DNA of 64,000 bases from positions 124,001 through 188,000 of the forward strand of contig JAIVFI010000033.1 in the NCBI GenBank assembly GCA_025558095.1. Direction: 5' to 3'. The DNA is from Hyaloraphidium curvatum SAG 235-1. Its lineage: Eukaryota; Fungi; Monoblepharomycota. Under the pieces are notes generated by a model, which worked only from the letters and a program-made list of their open reading frames with translations, searched no databases and was not told the DNA's origin. Below are positions 36,887 to 48,042 of the stretch, piece by piece. The translations under genes and the position numbers were made by a program. Positions within the stretch are counted from its first letter, which is position 1; each line of letters opens with the position of its first letter.

Positions 36887-37908
36887 ATGACCAGTTCGCC
36901 GCTCGTGCCGGTTTTGCGGCCTCTCGCGAAGCGGAGCAACGTCGTTCGCTTCCTCTACTCCCAATTCTACGATCCCCAGCGCTCCGCACCCCCGGCGTTG
37001 GCTCCAACTTTGGTTCCTTTCCCAACGCCGGAGACGGTGAGTACGGCCGAGTCGTCCACAAGGTCCGCTGTACGAAAGCGAGACTGGGGAGCAGGTCAGA
37101 CAAGAAGTCCTGGATAACTTGGAGCTTCGAGTTCGCTACAACTGGCCTTTCGGTCGGTGCTCCTCCCACGTATTTCCTCTTTCAGGCCGTTGATAGCCTG
37201 ATTGCAAGGCTACAAGAAAGGGGCAACGATCTCTTTCGAGCAGATCAGGACGCGCTTGCCCAAGACGCTCGCGCTGTACCGCTCCCTTCCGGCTTTTCTT
37301 TCGCCTGTCTTGGGCGGCCAGACTGTGGAGTGCACCAAGGACGATGACCTCTCCTCATGTTCGGTGCTCGTTTACGAAGACCCCGGCGATACAATCTTTT
37401 GGCATTACGACAACAACTTCTACAGGAAAGGAAGCGTATGATCGAGGGAAGCTCATGATGTCTAACCTCGAGGCCGCGCTGCAGAGGTCGTCACTACACC
37501 GTCTTGCTCCCGATCGTGATCCGAGGTTCGGACACGCGGTACGAGTTCATGGAGTGGGAGACCAACAAGGTGGCTAGCCTGGAGCTGGAGGAGAACCAAT
37601 TGATGGCATTCGAAGGGTACTTAACCTGGTTTCGGCCACTATCGAGCCTCACAAGGCACCTGATCAGGGACAAGATCTTCCATCGGGCGACGCCCCAGAC
37701 TCGAGGCCTCCGGATCGTGCTCTCTATGACGTACACCACGGATGCCCTGGCAGAACATAGGGCAGACACGGCAAGGAGGTTCAAAGACGTCGCGTACTTC
37801 GGTCTGGACGCGGTGGGGCTCGGCAAGCTGGAACGCCTGGTCTTTGGCGAGAGGGCGACGACGAGCTTCATGAGGCCGAGCTCCGTTGATAAGCTCGTTG
37901 GGAAATGA
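36887..37908 (+). CDS. 2OG-Fe(II) dioxygenase-like protein, spliced
   Basis: LVYEDPGD.I.WHYD (HxD), distal FHRAT, R.VLSMTY. Confidence 0.78.
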
Positions 37909-38268
37909 TACCCTAGTGCTGTTTGGAGAGATTGCAGGCGGTAGCACGCCGATTTCCCGCGCCGCCTGAGCGATCAGGTGTCCCAGGCGACGTCGGGCAG
38001 CTCCATGATGAGCTTGATGATCAGCCGCTCCTGCAGGATCTTGTGCGGCTGCCAGGCGCAATGCGTGCGTGTTTCGGCTGGTGGGGATATCGGCCCATCA
38101 CTACTCAGGGCCAGGCCACGAAACAAACGTGCCCGGCCGTTCCACGCATCGCTGCTAGAACCGGCTGCCGTCGCGTCTGCGGGGTCGTAAAGAGCTCCTT
38201 CCATTACTCTGCAGCAACTTGCGGCCACCTCGGCTCGGACGTAGGAAGAGCACGCGAGGCCCGTCAAC

Positions 38269-39250
38269 ATGTCGACGCTCAGATGGGCCGCGGTCGCCCT
38301 CTTCGTTCCGCATGTCGCCATGACCCTGTACATGGCCCTCCACCCGCAATGGGGCCTCCTCGACGCGGACCTCATCGGAGGGATCAACTTTGTGACCTGG
38401 CTGCTCTTTGCCTACGTGCACCACCTGTCGATGTCGCGCAGCGCGGCCGAGGTCGTCGCCATGTTCGCCCTCCAGGCCTTCGTGGTCTGGTTCACTTGCT
38501 ACGTCGACAGCGTGCTCAAGTTGGACTGGTTCTTCGGACCCCACACCTACCATGAAAAAGCCCTATATGCTGGTTGGGTTGGACCAGTTCCAGTCTATGC
38601 AACGCTTGCAATGTATCCGGTACGCTCGTCGTCGTTTTCGTGCTCCATATGACCGTGTTCTGACCTCGAACGGCATCTTGCAGATGTGCTACGCCTCCAT
38701 GGTCCTCACGGACCTGCTGTTCCCGCCGTCGGCCGCTGCTTCCCCTCTCATGTCGTTTTTTTTGCTCCCCATCATCGATAATCTCTACTTCACGGGCTGG
38801 GACGTGGTTATTGATCCCATCGCCTCGTTCGAAGGCGTTTACGTCTGGGAGTCGCACCAACCGTTCCCCTCGCAGGACGCCGACGGCACGCGCCACTCGC
38901 GCGGCTTCAATATGGAGAACAACTGGTTCGGCGTGCCATACCCGAACTACTACACTGGTTGGCTAGCGAGCTTCTTCTGGATCTACCTCGGCACGCGCAT
39001 GGTGCGGCAGTACTACGGCGGCGGGCCCCGTGCCGAGGGCTCGGTGTACGAGCTCCTGCCCCTCCTTTCCTACGCCGTCAACTGGCTCTGGTGCTCTTCG
39101 ATCGCCCTGTTTGGCAAGGTCGGCAATCCTGGGCTGGTTCTGGTCGGGATCTGGGCCATGGGCATGCCTTGCCTCCTCGCGTTCGCGGGCTGGTTGTCGA
39201 GGCCTGCCGCCGTCAAGGCCAACGGTAAGGCGAACGGCAAGGCGCACTGA
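38269..39250 (+). CDS. CruF-like (carotenoid biosynthesis/DUF422) membrane protein
   Basis: FGPHTY, GPVPV, WDVVIDP...G.YVW, FGVPYPNY.TGW; multiple TM; one intron. Confidence 0.75.
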
Positions 39251-39519
39251 TTGGACTGGCTCTGATCCTGGATGAGTTTGTGTTGGATCGTGGATGTGGG
39301 AGGATCGGGACGGCAGCTACGTCACGGACGCGGACGCCAAGACGACAGTGGGCGGATCCTGGCGCCGGATTGGTTGATCGGGCAAACGTATTGCTAGATA
39401 GAGCCCTACTGCTAGTCTAGTGGTTGAATCGAGTGGTTTTGGAACAGCATCGCTGAGGGACGAATTCCCTCACGACCTCGCCACTCGAGTCCGAAGTGAC
39501 ACCACACTTCCGAGTCACG

Positions 39520-40238
39520 ATGGCGCCGCCGTTCCTCCGGGATCCCCGTTTCCTCCCTCTGCTCATCCTCCTCGCCCTCCTCATCGGCACCACCGGTGCG
39601 CTCTGCTCCCCGCGCTTCCGGTGCGCGGGACTGACTCCTTCCCGCAACCTCCGTCCCCGCCTCTTCCCGCCCCAATCCCCCGAATTGCCCCCGGCACGAC
39701 GCAGCCAACGCTCTCGTGCTCCTCCCCACCCTGCCTGACCCCATGCCCACGCACTTTGACTCGTCCGGCGCGCCGAACGGCTGGTCTTCCCCGGGGAGCT
39801 TCATCGGAATCTGGTTAGGAGTCGCATGGGGCATCGGCGTCGTGTTCGGGCTGCTGGCGCTGCTTCCCAAGGTTGGCTTTCGTCCATTACGGAAACACCG
39901 TAAAGTTAGGGCTGACCGTCGCCGCCGCCGTTCAGGTTCCACGGGGTTGCGTGAACCTCCCCTCCCGCGACGTCCTGGAGCGCTCCGGCCGCCTCCCGGC
40001 CGTGCTCCGCAAGGTCTCCGCGCTCCTTATTGTCAACGGCTGCCTGATTGTGGCCGTTATCTGGGTCATCTTTGCCCTCAGCGCCGCGGCGGCCGTCGCG
40101 GTGCCGCCGATGCTGCCCGCCGCGTCGGTGATCGTGCCGGTGGTGGTGCTGATCGCCGCCGAGATCGCGGTCATCGTGGGCATATTCTGGATTGTGAACG
40201 AGGAGACGAAGAAGGTCAAGGGGCCCGGATTGCTCTGA
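39520..40238 (+). CDS. DUF1648 (SdpI-like N-terminal) membrane protein
   Basis: LPTLPDPMPTHFDSSGAPNGWSS between TM helices, then VNLP; two introns. Confidence 0.78.
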
Positions 40239-40485
40239 GCTTCGGATTCCAGTTCATTCTTCTTTGAGTTCGGGGCTCGTCATGACGTTCAGTCGCCTGG
40301 TAAACACCAACGAAGACTGCTTTTCGTGGTGGCATCAGATTTTGGCTCCTCATCTCACCACGTGCCACGTGCTGCGGATTCTGACCAATGCTCCTGACAT
40401 TCACATTTCTCACTCTGTCAAATATGCCTCTCTTATGGATGCGCCATGCCTCAATGTGGATGTACACTGCTGACACAATACTTAA

Positions 40486-41472
40486 TCACTCGTCGACCAT
40501 CAGGCCCATCACGTCCCTTTCCGCGAGCGTCCACGACTCGGATGCGTCGTCCGCGTGCACCTCCCTCCCGGCCTCGAGCTCCTTCAACCTGGTTTCCAGC
40601 TCCACAACCTTGCTTTGGGCCTCTTCCCACGCCGCCCGGATGCCCTCTGCCTCCTTCCACGCCCTCTGGGACTTGTCCAGGGCCTCGTACACCGCAAACT
40701 TGGTGTCGCCATCCCCGAGATCGTAAGCCCACCTCCCCATCGCGTTCCTGGCCGTGATCCGCACCCTCCCAGGCTTCTCCAGCAACGCCTTGACCGCATC
40801 GAGGTTCTCCTTCATGCATGCTGAATGCAGCGCCGCGTTCCCATTCCTGTCCCTAGTTTCCGCGTCCGTCCGCGGATCCTCGAGCAGCAAACGGACCACC
40901 TCGGCATGTCCCGCAGCAGCCGCGACCCCCAAGGCAGCCGCACCCTCGGCGTTGCGCTCGTTTGGATCCGCGCGGCCGTCTTCCAGGAGCAAGCGCACGG
41001 CACGGGCGTTTCCCGTCGCGCAGGGCATCATGAACAGGGTCATGCCCTTGAACCCGTGCTCGACGGAGGCACGGCTGTCGGCGAGGAGGACCTCCATGGT
41101 GTCGGCGTGCCCGCAGAAGCATGCGGCGGCAAAGGGCGTAAGCCCGTCGCGGCTGCGGGCGTTGGGGTCCGCGTTGGGGTCGTGCAGGAGGAGCTTGACG
41201 ATTTCGGAGCGGCCAGATGCGCAGGCGAGCAGCAGCGCGGTCCAGCCGTCCTTCGAGCGCGCCCCGCCGTCGGTGCGCGTGTCGGCGAGGAGCAGTTCGG
41301 CCGCGTCCGCGTGCCCGCGCGAGCACGCGTGCATTAGCGGCGTCCATCCGTTGCCATCTGCGCAATTGGGATCGAGCAGCGTGTCCGCGAGGAGCGACTG
41401 CACGGTTTGCGCGTCGCCGTCGCGGCTCGCCTCGAGGAGGCGGACGCCGTCACCCCAGAGGAAAGGCCACAT
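40486..41472 (-). CDS. Ankyrin repeat protein with C-terminal coiled coil
   Basis: About 7 repeats of the G.TPL..A...G....V.LLL type. Confidence 0.9.
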   Translation of the reverse strand: MWPFLWGDGVRLLEASRDGDAQTVQSLLADTLLDPNCADGNGWTPLMHACSRGHADAAELLLADTRTDGGARSKDGWTALLLACASGRSEIVKLLLHDPNADPNARSRDGLTPFAAACFCGHADTMEVLLADSRASVEHGFKGMTLFMMPCATGNARAVRLLLEDGRADPNERNAEGAAALGVAAAAGHAEVVRLLLEDPRTDAETRDRNGNAALHSACMKENLDAVKALLEKPGRVRITARNAMGRWAYDLGDGDTKFAVYEALDKSQRAWKEAEGIRAAWEEAQSKVVELETRLKELEAGREVHADDASESWTLAERDVMGLMVDE

Positions 41473-42329
41473 GGTCGCGCGCGGCGAGCGGGAAGAGGGC
41501 GTACTGACAAGTCGACGACCGCAGTTCCGGGCCGAATCGAATGGGCGAGCGCCCGGGAGTCGCCAGCGGAGTTTCCTGGGGACGTGGCACAGCTCGGGCG
41601 GCAACTCGCACTTTTCAAGGCACAACAGTTGCCACGTCTTGCGAGCCACGTCAAACGTCGTCACCGGGCTAACGACGTAACGTCCCGGATGGACGTTGCC
41701 ACGTCGCGATCTAGCCCGAATGCGATTTTTCTGGCCGAAACTCATCGCTAGTTGAACTTCTGGTTCCTGTTTACGTCCGATTTACTTCGCGCGCCGGCGG
41801 CGACGAAGCTGGCTGGCTGTTCCTTGCCGCCCGTTAGCGGTGTACATGGGCAAGCAGCTGGAATTACATTCGTTGCTGAGTGTTAGGTTACTGTGGCTTG
41901 CAAGAACCGCGCGGCCGAGTCGGTGGTTGCCCCCGTCCTTGCCGCTGTACGCCGCACCGGGCCTCTCGCCGTCCCTGGCCGCTCGGAACTGCAAACCTTT
42001 CTGTAATGGCATGAATCGGTGCCGTCTCGTCCACAGAAGGAGCGGCCCGATGGGCACCCTGATCGGTCCGTTGCGGCACCGGGGATTCGGCGGGGACGCG
42101 GACGGGCCCCCAGACATGGGAAACCGCCGGAACAACCGCGGGCATCCGAGACAATTCTCCTTGAAACAGATATCGTACGCGATCCGGAGGGCGCCAGCCG
42201 ACCGATCGCGAGGATGTGGATTCAGGGACGCGATCCCAGATGATGTCGGGGTTCTAGCCCCGGCCGGCTGGCGCCCCCCCTTTTGGCTCGCGAGGACGGA
42301 ATCGGGGAATAGCCGGAGTGCCCATCGCG

Positions 42330-44615
42330 ATGCCGGCGTCCGAGCTGTCGTGGGCGCCAAAGCGGCGGCGGGCGCGGGGCCCCGGCATGCGCCGCTCGCG
42401 GTCGCTGGGCCGCGTTGCGTCGAGGGCCGTGCCGCCCCTGTTCCCGTTCCGTGCGGAGCGCCGCGTGCCTCCGCTCGGCGAGGCCCTCCGCGTTTTGGCG
42501 TTGGCGTTCATCGCCGCGACCCACCCGCGGCCGGTCGGCCTGCACGGGCCCTCCTTCCTGGCGGCTCTGGACGCGCGCGCAGAGGGACGGCCCCACACGG
42601 GCGACCCTCGCTGGCCGCGATTCTACCTGTCGCCAGTCTTTGAGGCTTTCTGGACGTACGCTACGGCGGCTGCCGCCCTGGCAAGCAAGGATCCCGCAAG
42701 GCGGGCCGCGCTCAAGCTGCCAATGCCCCTCCCCGACCTGGTCGACGCCCTGGAGGCGCGGCTCGAGGACGTGCTGGCCGCAGAGGTGGCCAGGTTCGAG
42801 AGGAACGCCGAAAAGACCGGCCCGGGACCGCATCTGCGCACGCCGGAAGCCTATGCCATCGTCTACGTGTGCAGCTTCGCGCCGTACCATCTGATGGCGC
42901 GCACGACCCGCACGGCAAACATTCGGGGCTTCATCCGCGTTGGCGCCCGCGTCTACCGCGCGACGCGGCTGCCGGGCGAGAACTTTGGGTCTGGGCAGGC
43001 TGATTCCGGCCCGCCGAACGCCGAGGACTTCATCTGGGACTGCTTCTGGTCGAGCGCCTTCTTCGGCCTGGCTTTCCACGACGCCTGGTCCGCCGCCGAC
43101 GCATTCGGCGCGGCGGCCACGCAGATCATCGACCCCGCCCTCGAATTCCCCGACGCCGAGATCCTGCCCCACGGCGGCATCTTTGATCGGCTGCCGGCCG
43201 CGGCGCTCAGGGACCCAAGCGCGCCGGCATCACCAGAGCTGCTTCGCGCCAGGTATGGAGTCTCTTGGCGGGACTACGTTGGATGGTTTGACCATCGCTA
43301 TTGCGACGCCGCGGACCCCGGCTCGCGCCTGCGCGCGCTCGCCCTCGTGCGCAACATGAAGGACTACGGCGCGCTCGTCACCTGCGGCATGGTGCTCTTT
43401 GTCCGCCTGGCCATCGAGGACCTCAGCACCTTCCTGCGCAGCATCGGCCTCTTCCGCCTGGACCTCCTCGTCGCCGAGGACCTCATCGCCAAGGGCCACG
43501 CCGTCCCCGGCCGCCCGCTGCACCCCCGGCCGCCGGTTCCGCCCCGCGTGGCCCGCCACCTCGACGTCGTGCTCTCCAACCCCGGCCTCCCCGAGGCCCT
43601 CCGTCGCAGCGCCATCGTCCGCTGGGCACTGGACGCCATCTCGATCGCCCTCCCCTCGGACCTCCTCTCGGCCATCCGCGCGGGGTCGTGGGACGATTTC
43701 GCCGCCTCCCTGCCCCCGCACTACTCTCCCGGCGAACGCTTCCAGATGCTCGGCTACCTGCCGTTCCTTCTCGAATCACGCACCGTCGTGCGCTGCCCCG
43801 AACCCTTCGTCGACCTCTCCTCAGACCCGGGCGCGCTGCACCCGCCGGACATCCGCTCCCCCGCCGGCGACGCTTCCATCCGCCCCGCAATGCTACGTCT
43901 CTGGTCAAGGACACGCGCGTTCTCCGAAGTGCCTGCCGAGGCCGGCGCAGCGGCCCGTATGGTGCGCATGATCCTTGATTCCGGTGGGCTCGCGATCGGC
44001 CTCGTGGTCGCCATCGCATGCCACGCCGCCGCCGTCGCCAGCTGGGCTCTGATCCTGACCGCCCGCGCCCTCGGCCCCGCCGCCGACCCGGGTGCGGCCG
44101 GCATGGTGGCTGCGTGCATGTCGATGCTCGCGGCCGGGGGCAAGCAGCACCGCGCCGTGGCGCTGCTCCTAGGGCGCGTGCTCGAGACGGGGTCGGTGGA
44201 GATGGGAGTCGGGGAGCTGGAGATGCTCCGTTCGGGGAGGCAGACGCGCCCCGCGTGCGGGCATGCGGGGGTGGGCGAGGTGGAGGGGGTGTGTTGGGGG
44301 TGCGCGATGGAGCGGATGGAGGCGTCGCGCGACGCGGAGGAGGGGGACGAGCGGTGGTCCGAGTCGGAGCGCGCGTCGGTGCTGAGCGAGGCGTCGGTCG
44401 GGACGGGGGCCAGCACCGCCAGCCTGGTTCCCGAGTCGGCGGCGGCGGCCGAGCCCGCGGATCCGGCGTTCGCGAGGCCGGTGTGGACGGTGCTGCACGA
44501 TGCGCCCGAGGAGCTGGCGAGGAGGATGCCGGCGCTGCGGAGGCGCGTGACGTTCTCGTCGGTCAGGGAGGTCTACGAGACCTTTTCGAGCGACGAGTTC
44601 CCGGAGGGGCGATGA
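42330..44615 (+). CDS. Hypothetical intronless ~760-aa protein with C-terminal PP1-docking-like motif
   Basis: Long ORF ending RRVTFSSVREVYETFSSDEF. Confidence 0.65.
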   Translation: MPASELSWAPKRRRARGPGMRRSRSLGRVASRAVPPLFPFRAERRVPPLGEALRVLALAFIAATHPRPVGLHGPSFLAALDARAEGRPHTGDPRWPRFYLSPVFEAFWTYATAAAALASKDPARRAALKLPMPLPDLVDALEARLEDVLAAEVARFERNAEKTGPGPHLRTPEAYAIVYVCSFAPYHLMARTTRTANIRGFIRVGARVYRATRLPGENFGSGQADSGPPNAEDFIWDCFWSSAFFGLAFHDAWSAADAFGAAATQIIDPALEFPDAEILPHGGIFDRLPAAALRDPSAPASPELLRARYGVSWRDYVGWFDHRYCDAADPGSRLRALALVRNMKDYGALVTCGMVLFVRLAIEDLSTFLRSIGLFRLDLLVAEDLIAKGHAVPGRPLHPRPPVPPRVARHLDVVLSNPGLPEALRRSAIVRWALDAISIALPSDLLSAIRAGSWDDFAASLPPHYSPGERFQMLGYLPFLLESRTVVRCPEPFVDLSSDPGALHPPDIRSPAGDASIRPAMLRLWSRTRAFSEVPAEAGAAARMVRMILDSGGLAIGLVVAIACHAAAVASWALILTARALGPAADPGAAGMVAACMSMLAAGGKQHRAVALLLGRVLETGSVEMGVGELEMLRSGRQTRPACGHAGVGEVEGVCWGCAMERMEASRDAEEGDERWSESERASVLSEASVGTGASTASLVPESAAAAEPADPAFARPVWTVLHDAPEELARRMPALRRRVTFSSVREVYETFSSDEFPEGR

Positions 44616-44748
44616 AAGGAGCCGCGGTGTATATCCGGCGATTGCTCAGCACGTGATCTTGATCCAAAGAAGGCCGATCTCGACGGGACTCCGAATCGCG
44701 CACCAGGAGACAGGAAGACCATATCAATTGCTTGGGAGCGCCCATACA

Positions 44749-46986
44749 TCACACGAGCAATGCAAGAGCCGCCACCGTCAGTGCGATCCATCCCGACGCC
44801 CGCGACACGGCGGCCGCCGTGGATGCCGGAGGCGACGGCGTGGATGTCGGAATGTCCGCCGAGCTCCCTGTCGCGCACGTCCGGTCCGCCGAAAGCCCGC
44901 CGCCCAGGACCGCCTCCGCGGCCGCGCACCACCCACCCCACCCTTCGGGACATTCGAACCCCGCCCCGCTTGTCGACGGAACGGGCTCTCCCGGCGCCAA
45001 GTTGCGGCACAGGGGATCCGAGTACCACGAGCAGCCCCCGGCGTCGGGCCCCAGGCACGCGGGGCGGCCGGTACCGGGCGAGCGGCGCACGGAGACGTAG
45101 TTGCCCTTGTCCGAGCAGGAGCGCATGCACGTCCAGGTGGTGGGCGAGGGTGTGGGAGCGGTGGGAGGGGCGGTCGAGGTGGGAGGCGGCGCGGTCGGTG
45201 AGATCGCGGCGGTGGACGTCGGGACGGGCGCCGACCGGTCCAGCCACGGCCTGGCCGTGCCCGAGCACCAAAAGTCAGCGCAATTCAAGGGTCCCTGGCA
45301 GCCTGCCGGGTAGGGATAATCCAGCTCCACCTGCTCGCAAGTCCATCCATCCCCGAGCGGATCCGCCTCGGACCGCGGGGTGCAGCACATGGCGTCCCAG
45401 TCGTACGGCGCGGTGCAGTTGCCGTCCCGGTAGAAGAAGCACGATTCCCCGTCCGGGCCGCGGCACTGCGCCGTCCGCCGCCCGCGCACGCGCAGCCGCC
45501 GGAGGAGCATCCACTGGTGGTACTTCCTGCTCTCCAGGCACGTCCAGCCGGTCTCGACGGCCACCTCAGACGCCAGCACGGGGGGCTCGCAGCGATCAAT
45601 CAGCAGCACCTCGCCGGAGACAAACACACACCCAGGCGGATAGAACTCGGAGTCGTGCAGGCGGCAGTACCTGACCGGGCGACCGAGGTCCCTGAACGAG
45701 CACACGCCCAAGTCTCGGGCGGGGTGCAGCAAGGGGGCCTCGAGGGCGGGGGCATACCCGCTGCCGCTGACATCGAGGACGACAAGGTTCTCGAGCGATG
45801 CCAGCCGCGACCCGGGGATGGGCCCGGTGGCGTTTGGCAGACGCAGTGTCAGTTCGGCGAGGTCGGGCATTCCCCAGAGGAAATCCGGGAAACCGCCCCT
45901 CGCCCCGCCCCAGAGCTCGAGCCGGATCAGGGCCTTGAGCTCCGAGATGCTCCCGCGTGGCTCGTTAACGTCGGACCCGTAAGGTGCGGCGGACAGGTAG
46001 GTGATTGCTCCGTCCGTGCACTCCACCCTGACGCCCGGCTGACGGTGCACGCCGCAGCACGTCTTGCCCGATCCGAAGGGGCCGGCGAGGAACTTTGCCC
46101 GGTCGAACGAACCCGGGTCGGGCTGCTGCGCCTGCAACCAGTCCGCCAGGTGCCCGCACTGCTCCTCGATCGTGCCCAACCCGTGATCCGTCCAGGGCTT
46201 CGGCACGTCGCCCCAGTGCGGCCGCACGGGTGGGTAGGCCGGGGGCGGCTCGCTGTACGGAAAGGGGTCGCCGGCGCAAGGCGGCAGACCTTGCACGCAC
46301 GCGGGCGGGGTACCCGCGGCCCATTCGGCACCGGCGTGGCTGCAAACGGTCTGCGGAATGCGGCAGATCCTCAGCGACTTGGGCATGGGCGGCAGCCAGC
46401 CCGACAGGGCGGTGCCGGAGAGGTCCAGCTCCTCCAGCGCCGGCGTGAGCACGTCCAGGCGCGGCAGCTGGCCCGACACGCCGGTGTGCGACAGGTTCAG
46501 CCTGCGCAGCCACAGGCCAGCGGGCAGCTGCCGCGGGGCGATGGGCCCCGCGAGGCGCGGGTTGCCGGCGAGGTCGATCTCGTCGAAGACCGGCAGCGGC
46601 AGCAGCGCGGCGGACGCGCCTTCGCCCGGCAGCTCGGCCGCGGCGGGCAGCTGCCATAGCCGCGGCGCGCCGGCCAGCTCGCCCGAGGTCCATCGCAGCG
46701 ACCGCACGCGGCCCGCCCCGTCGCAGGACACCGCGCGGCCGGCGCCCGCGGCGGCGGCGTCGAAGCCGCAGCACGGCTCGCCCGGCCGCGGCCACGGCTG
46801 CCCCGGCGCAAGGAAGGGCGCGAACGCCGCGTCGACCCCCGTGGCGTTGCGGAGGCGCAGGAAGCCGACGAGCGCGTCGCACTGGTAGCGCGGGTGCGGC
46901 GCATACACCGGCCCGCCGGCCCGGGACGGCGCCGCGACGATGGCGACCGCCGCTGCAACGAGGCCGAACGCTGTCCGTTTCTTCAT
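44749..46986 (-). CDS. Secreted, probably GPI-anchored LRR protein with Cys/Trp modules
   Basis: Signal peptide, two LRR blocks (LRRLNLSHTGVSGQLP, LEELDLSGTALSG), WTC modules, Ser/Thr stalk, hydrophobic C-terminus. Confidence 0.82.
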   Translation of the reverse strand: MKKRTAFGLVAAAVAIVAAPSRAGGPVYAPHPRYQCDALVGFLRLRNATGVDAAFAPFLAPGQPWPRPGEPCCGFDAAAAGAGRAVSCDGAGRVRSLRWTSGELAGAPRLWQLPAAAELPGEGASAALLPLPVFDEIDLAGNPRLAGPIAPRQLPAGLWLRRLNLSHTGVSGQLPRLDVLTPALEELDLSGTALSGWLPPMPKSLRICRIPQTVCSHAGAEWAAGTPPACVQGLPPCAGDPFPYSEPPPAYPPVRPHWGDVPKPWTDHGLGTIEEQCGHLADWLQAQQPDPGSFDRAKFLAGPFGSGKTCCGVHRQPGVRVECTDGAITYLSAAPYGSDVNEPRGSISELKALIRLELWGGARGGFPDFLWGMPDLAELTLRLPNATGPIPGSRLASLENLVVLDVSGSGYAPALEAPLLHPARDLGVCSFRDLGRPVRYCRLHDSEFYPPGCVFVSGEVLLIDRCEPPVLASEVAVETGWTCLESRKYHQWMLLRRLRVRGRRTAQCRGPDGESCFFYRDGNCTAPYDWDAMCCTPRSEADPLGDGWTCEQVELDYPYPAGCQGPLNCADFWCSGTARPWLDRSAPVPTSTAAISPTAPPPTSTAPPTAPTPSPTTWTCMRSCSDKGNYVSVRRSPGTGRPACLGPDAGGCSWYSDPLCRNLAPGEPVPSTSGAGFECPEGWGGWCAAAEAVLGGGLSADRTCATGSSADIPTSTPSPPASTAAAVSRASGWIALTVAALALLV

Positions 46987-47281
46987 TGTAACTGCGAGCA
47001 CGGAGCTCCTGATGTGAATGTGAGTCGTCGTGTGGCGAAGCAGGGATCGTGAGCCTCCTGAACCCGACGGTCACGTCATGCAGCTCCCACCGGCCTGAAA
47101 CTCATCATTTAATCGACATTTGATTCAAAGGCTTGCTACGCGCAATGACTCTGTCTCCTGACGGGAAAGAAGCCCAGGTAGCAATCGACCGGCTCCCCAT
47201 CGAGCCGGCACAGCGGCTGCTTCACCGCCCGACCCGAAGCAGGAGCATCCCGCTTCTTACTTAACTGGGTCACACCGCCAG

Positions 47282-47968
47282 CTACCACAGGCCCGGAACC
47301 AGTCTCCACTTCACCGCCTCCGCGTACTCCGCGTATCCATCCAGCCCCGTCAGCATCTCCTCCTCCCGCTCCAACCTCGCAGCGATCCCCGCCAGCAGCC
47401 CGATCGCCGGCATGGCGGCCCAGCGCGACCCCAGCGCCAACGGCGCGCCGAGCAGCAGCAGCGCGCCGCCCGAGTACATGGGGTGCCGCACGATCCCGTA
47501 CGGGCCCGAGGTAATGAGTCTCTGATCGAAGATTTGCACCGTCGAAGCAGCTTACGGGTTGGTGGCGAGCGCGACGGCGACGCCCAGGAATCCCAGCAGC
47601 ACCAAGAGCAGCCCGCAGTCCTGCACGAAGCGCGGGAGGCGTTCCCCGAGCAGCCTGTATTCGAAGCCGGCCAGCGCGAGGAGCAGGCAGAAGAGCGCGC
47701 CGTTGGCGGCCTGCAGCGCCGCGTGGCCCCCGTCGGGCTCTGCGACCGACAGCCGCCGCGCGACGAGCTCGGGGCTGAACGCGAGGAAGAAGCACGAGAG
47801 CGCGGCGCAGCACGCGAGGAACGCGGCGAGGAATCGGCGGCCCGGCGGGAAGCCCGTCGTGTCGGCGGCGCCGAAGAGCAGCGCCGCCATGGCGCACGCG
47901 AGGAAGACGAGGCCGCCGAGGGTGCCGAGCGCGAGGGACGCGGGGGAGGGCGGGCCGGACGCGTCCAT
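47282..47968 (-). pseudogene. Isoprenylcysteine carboxyl methyltransferase-family (ICMT/PEMT-like, bacterial type) gene with one in-frame TAA
   Basis: ITSGPYGIVRHPMY, EREEEML...GY.EY...V.WRLVPGLW; TAA at 47552-47554 within NP*AASTVQI. Confidence 0.75.
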
Positions 47969-48042
47969 TGTCGCCGAAGAGACGACCCGCGTGCACGCCA
48001 CCCGGGCGGAGGTCTGGATCCGCGCTTCCTTACACGTGCGCG

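Noticed and set aside
36887-37908. 2OG oxygenase as the PhnY partner of PhnZ
   Set aside because: 13 kb away and lacks PhyH-type HQD motif context
47522-47555. 34-nt intron removing the ICMT stop
   Set aside because: It would shift the frame and delete conserved coding residues
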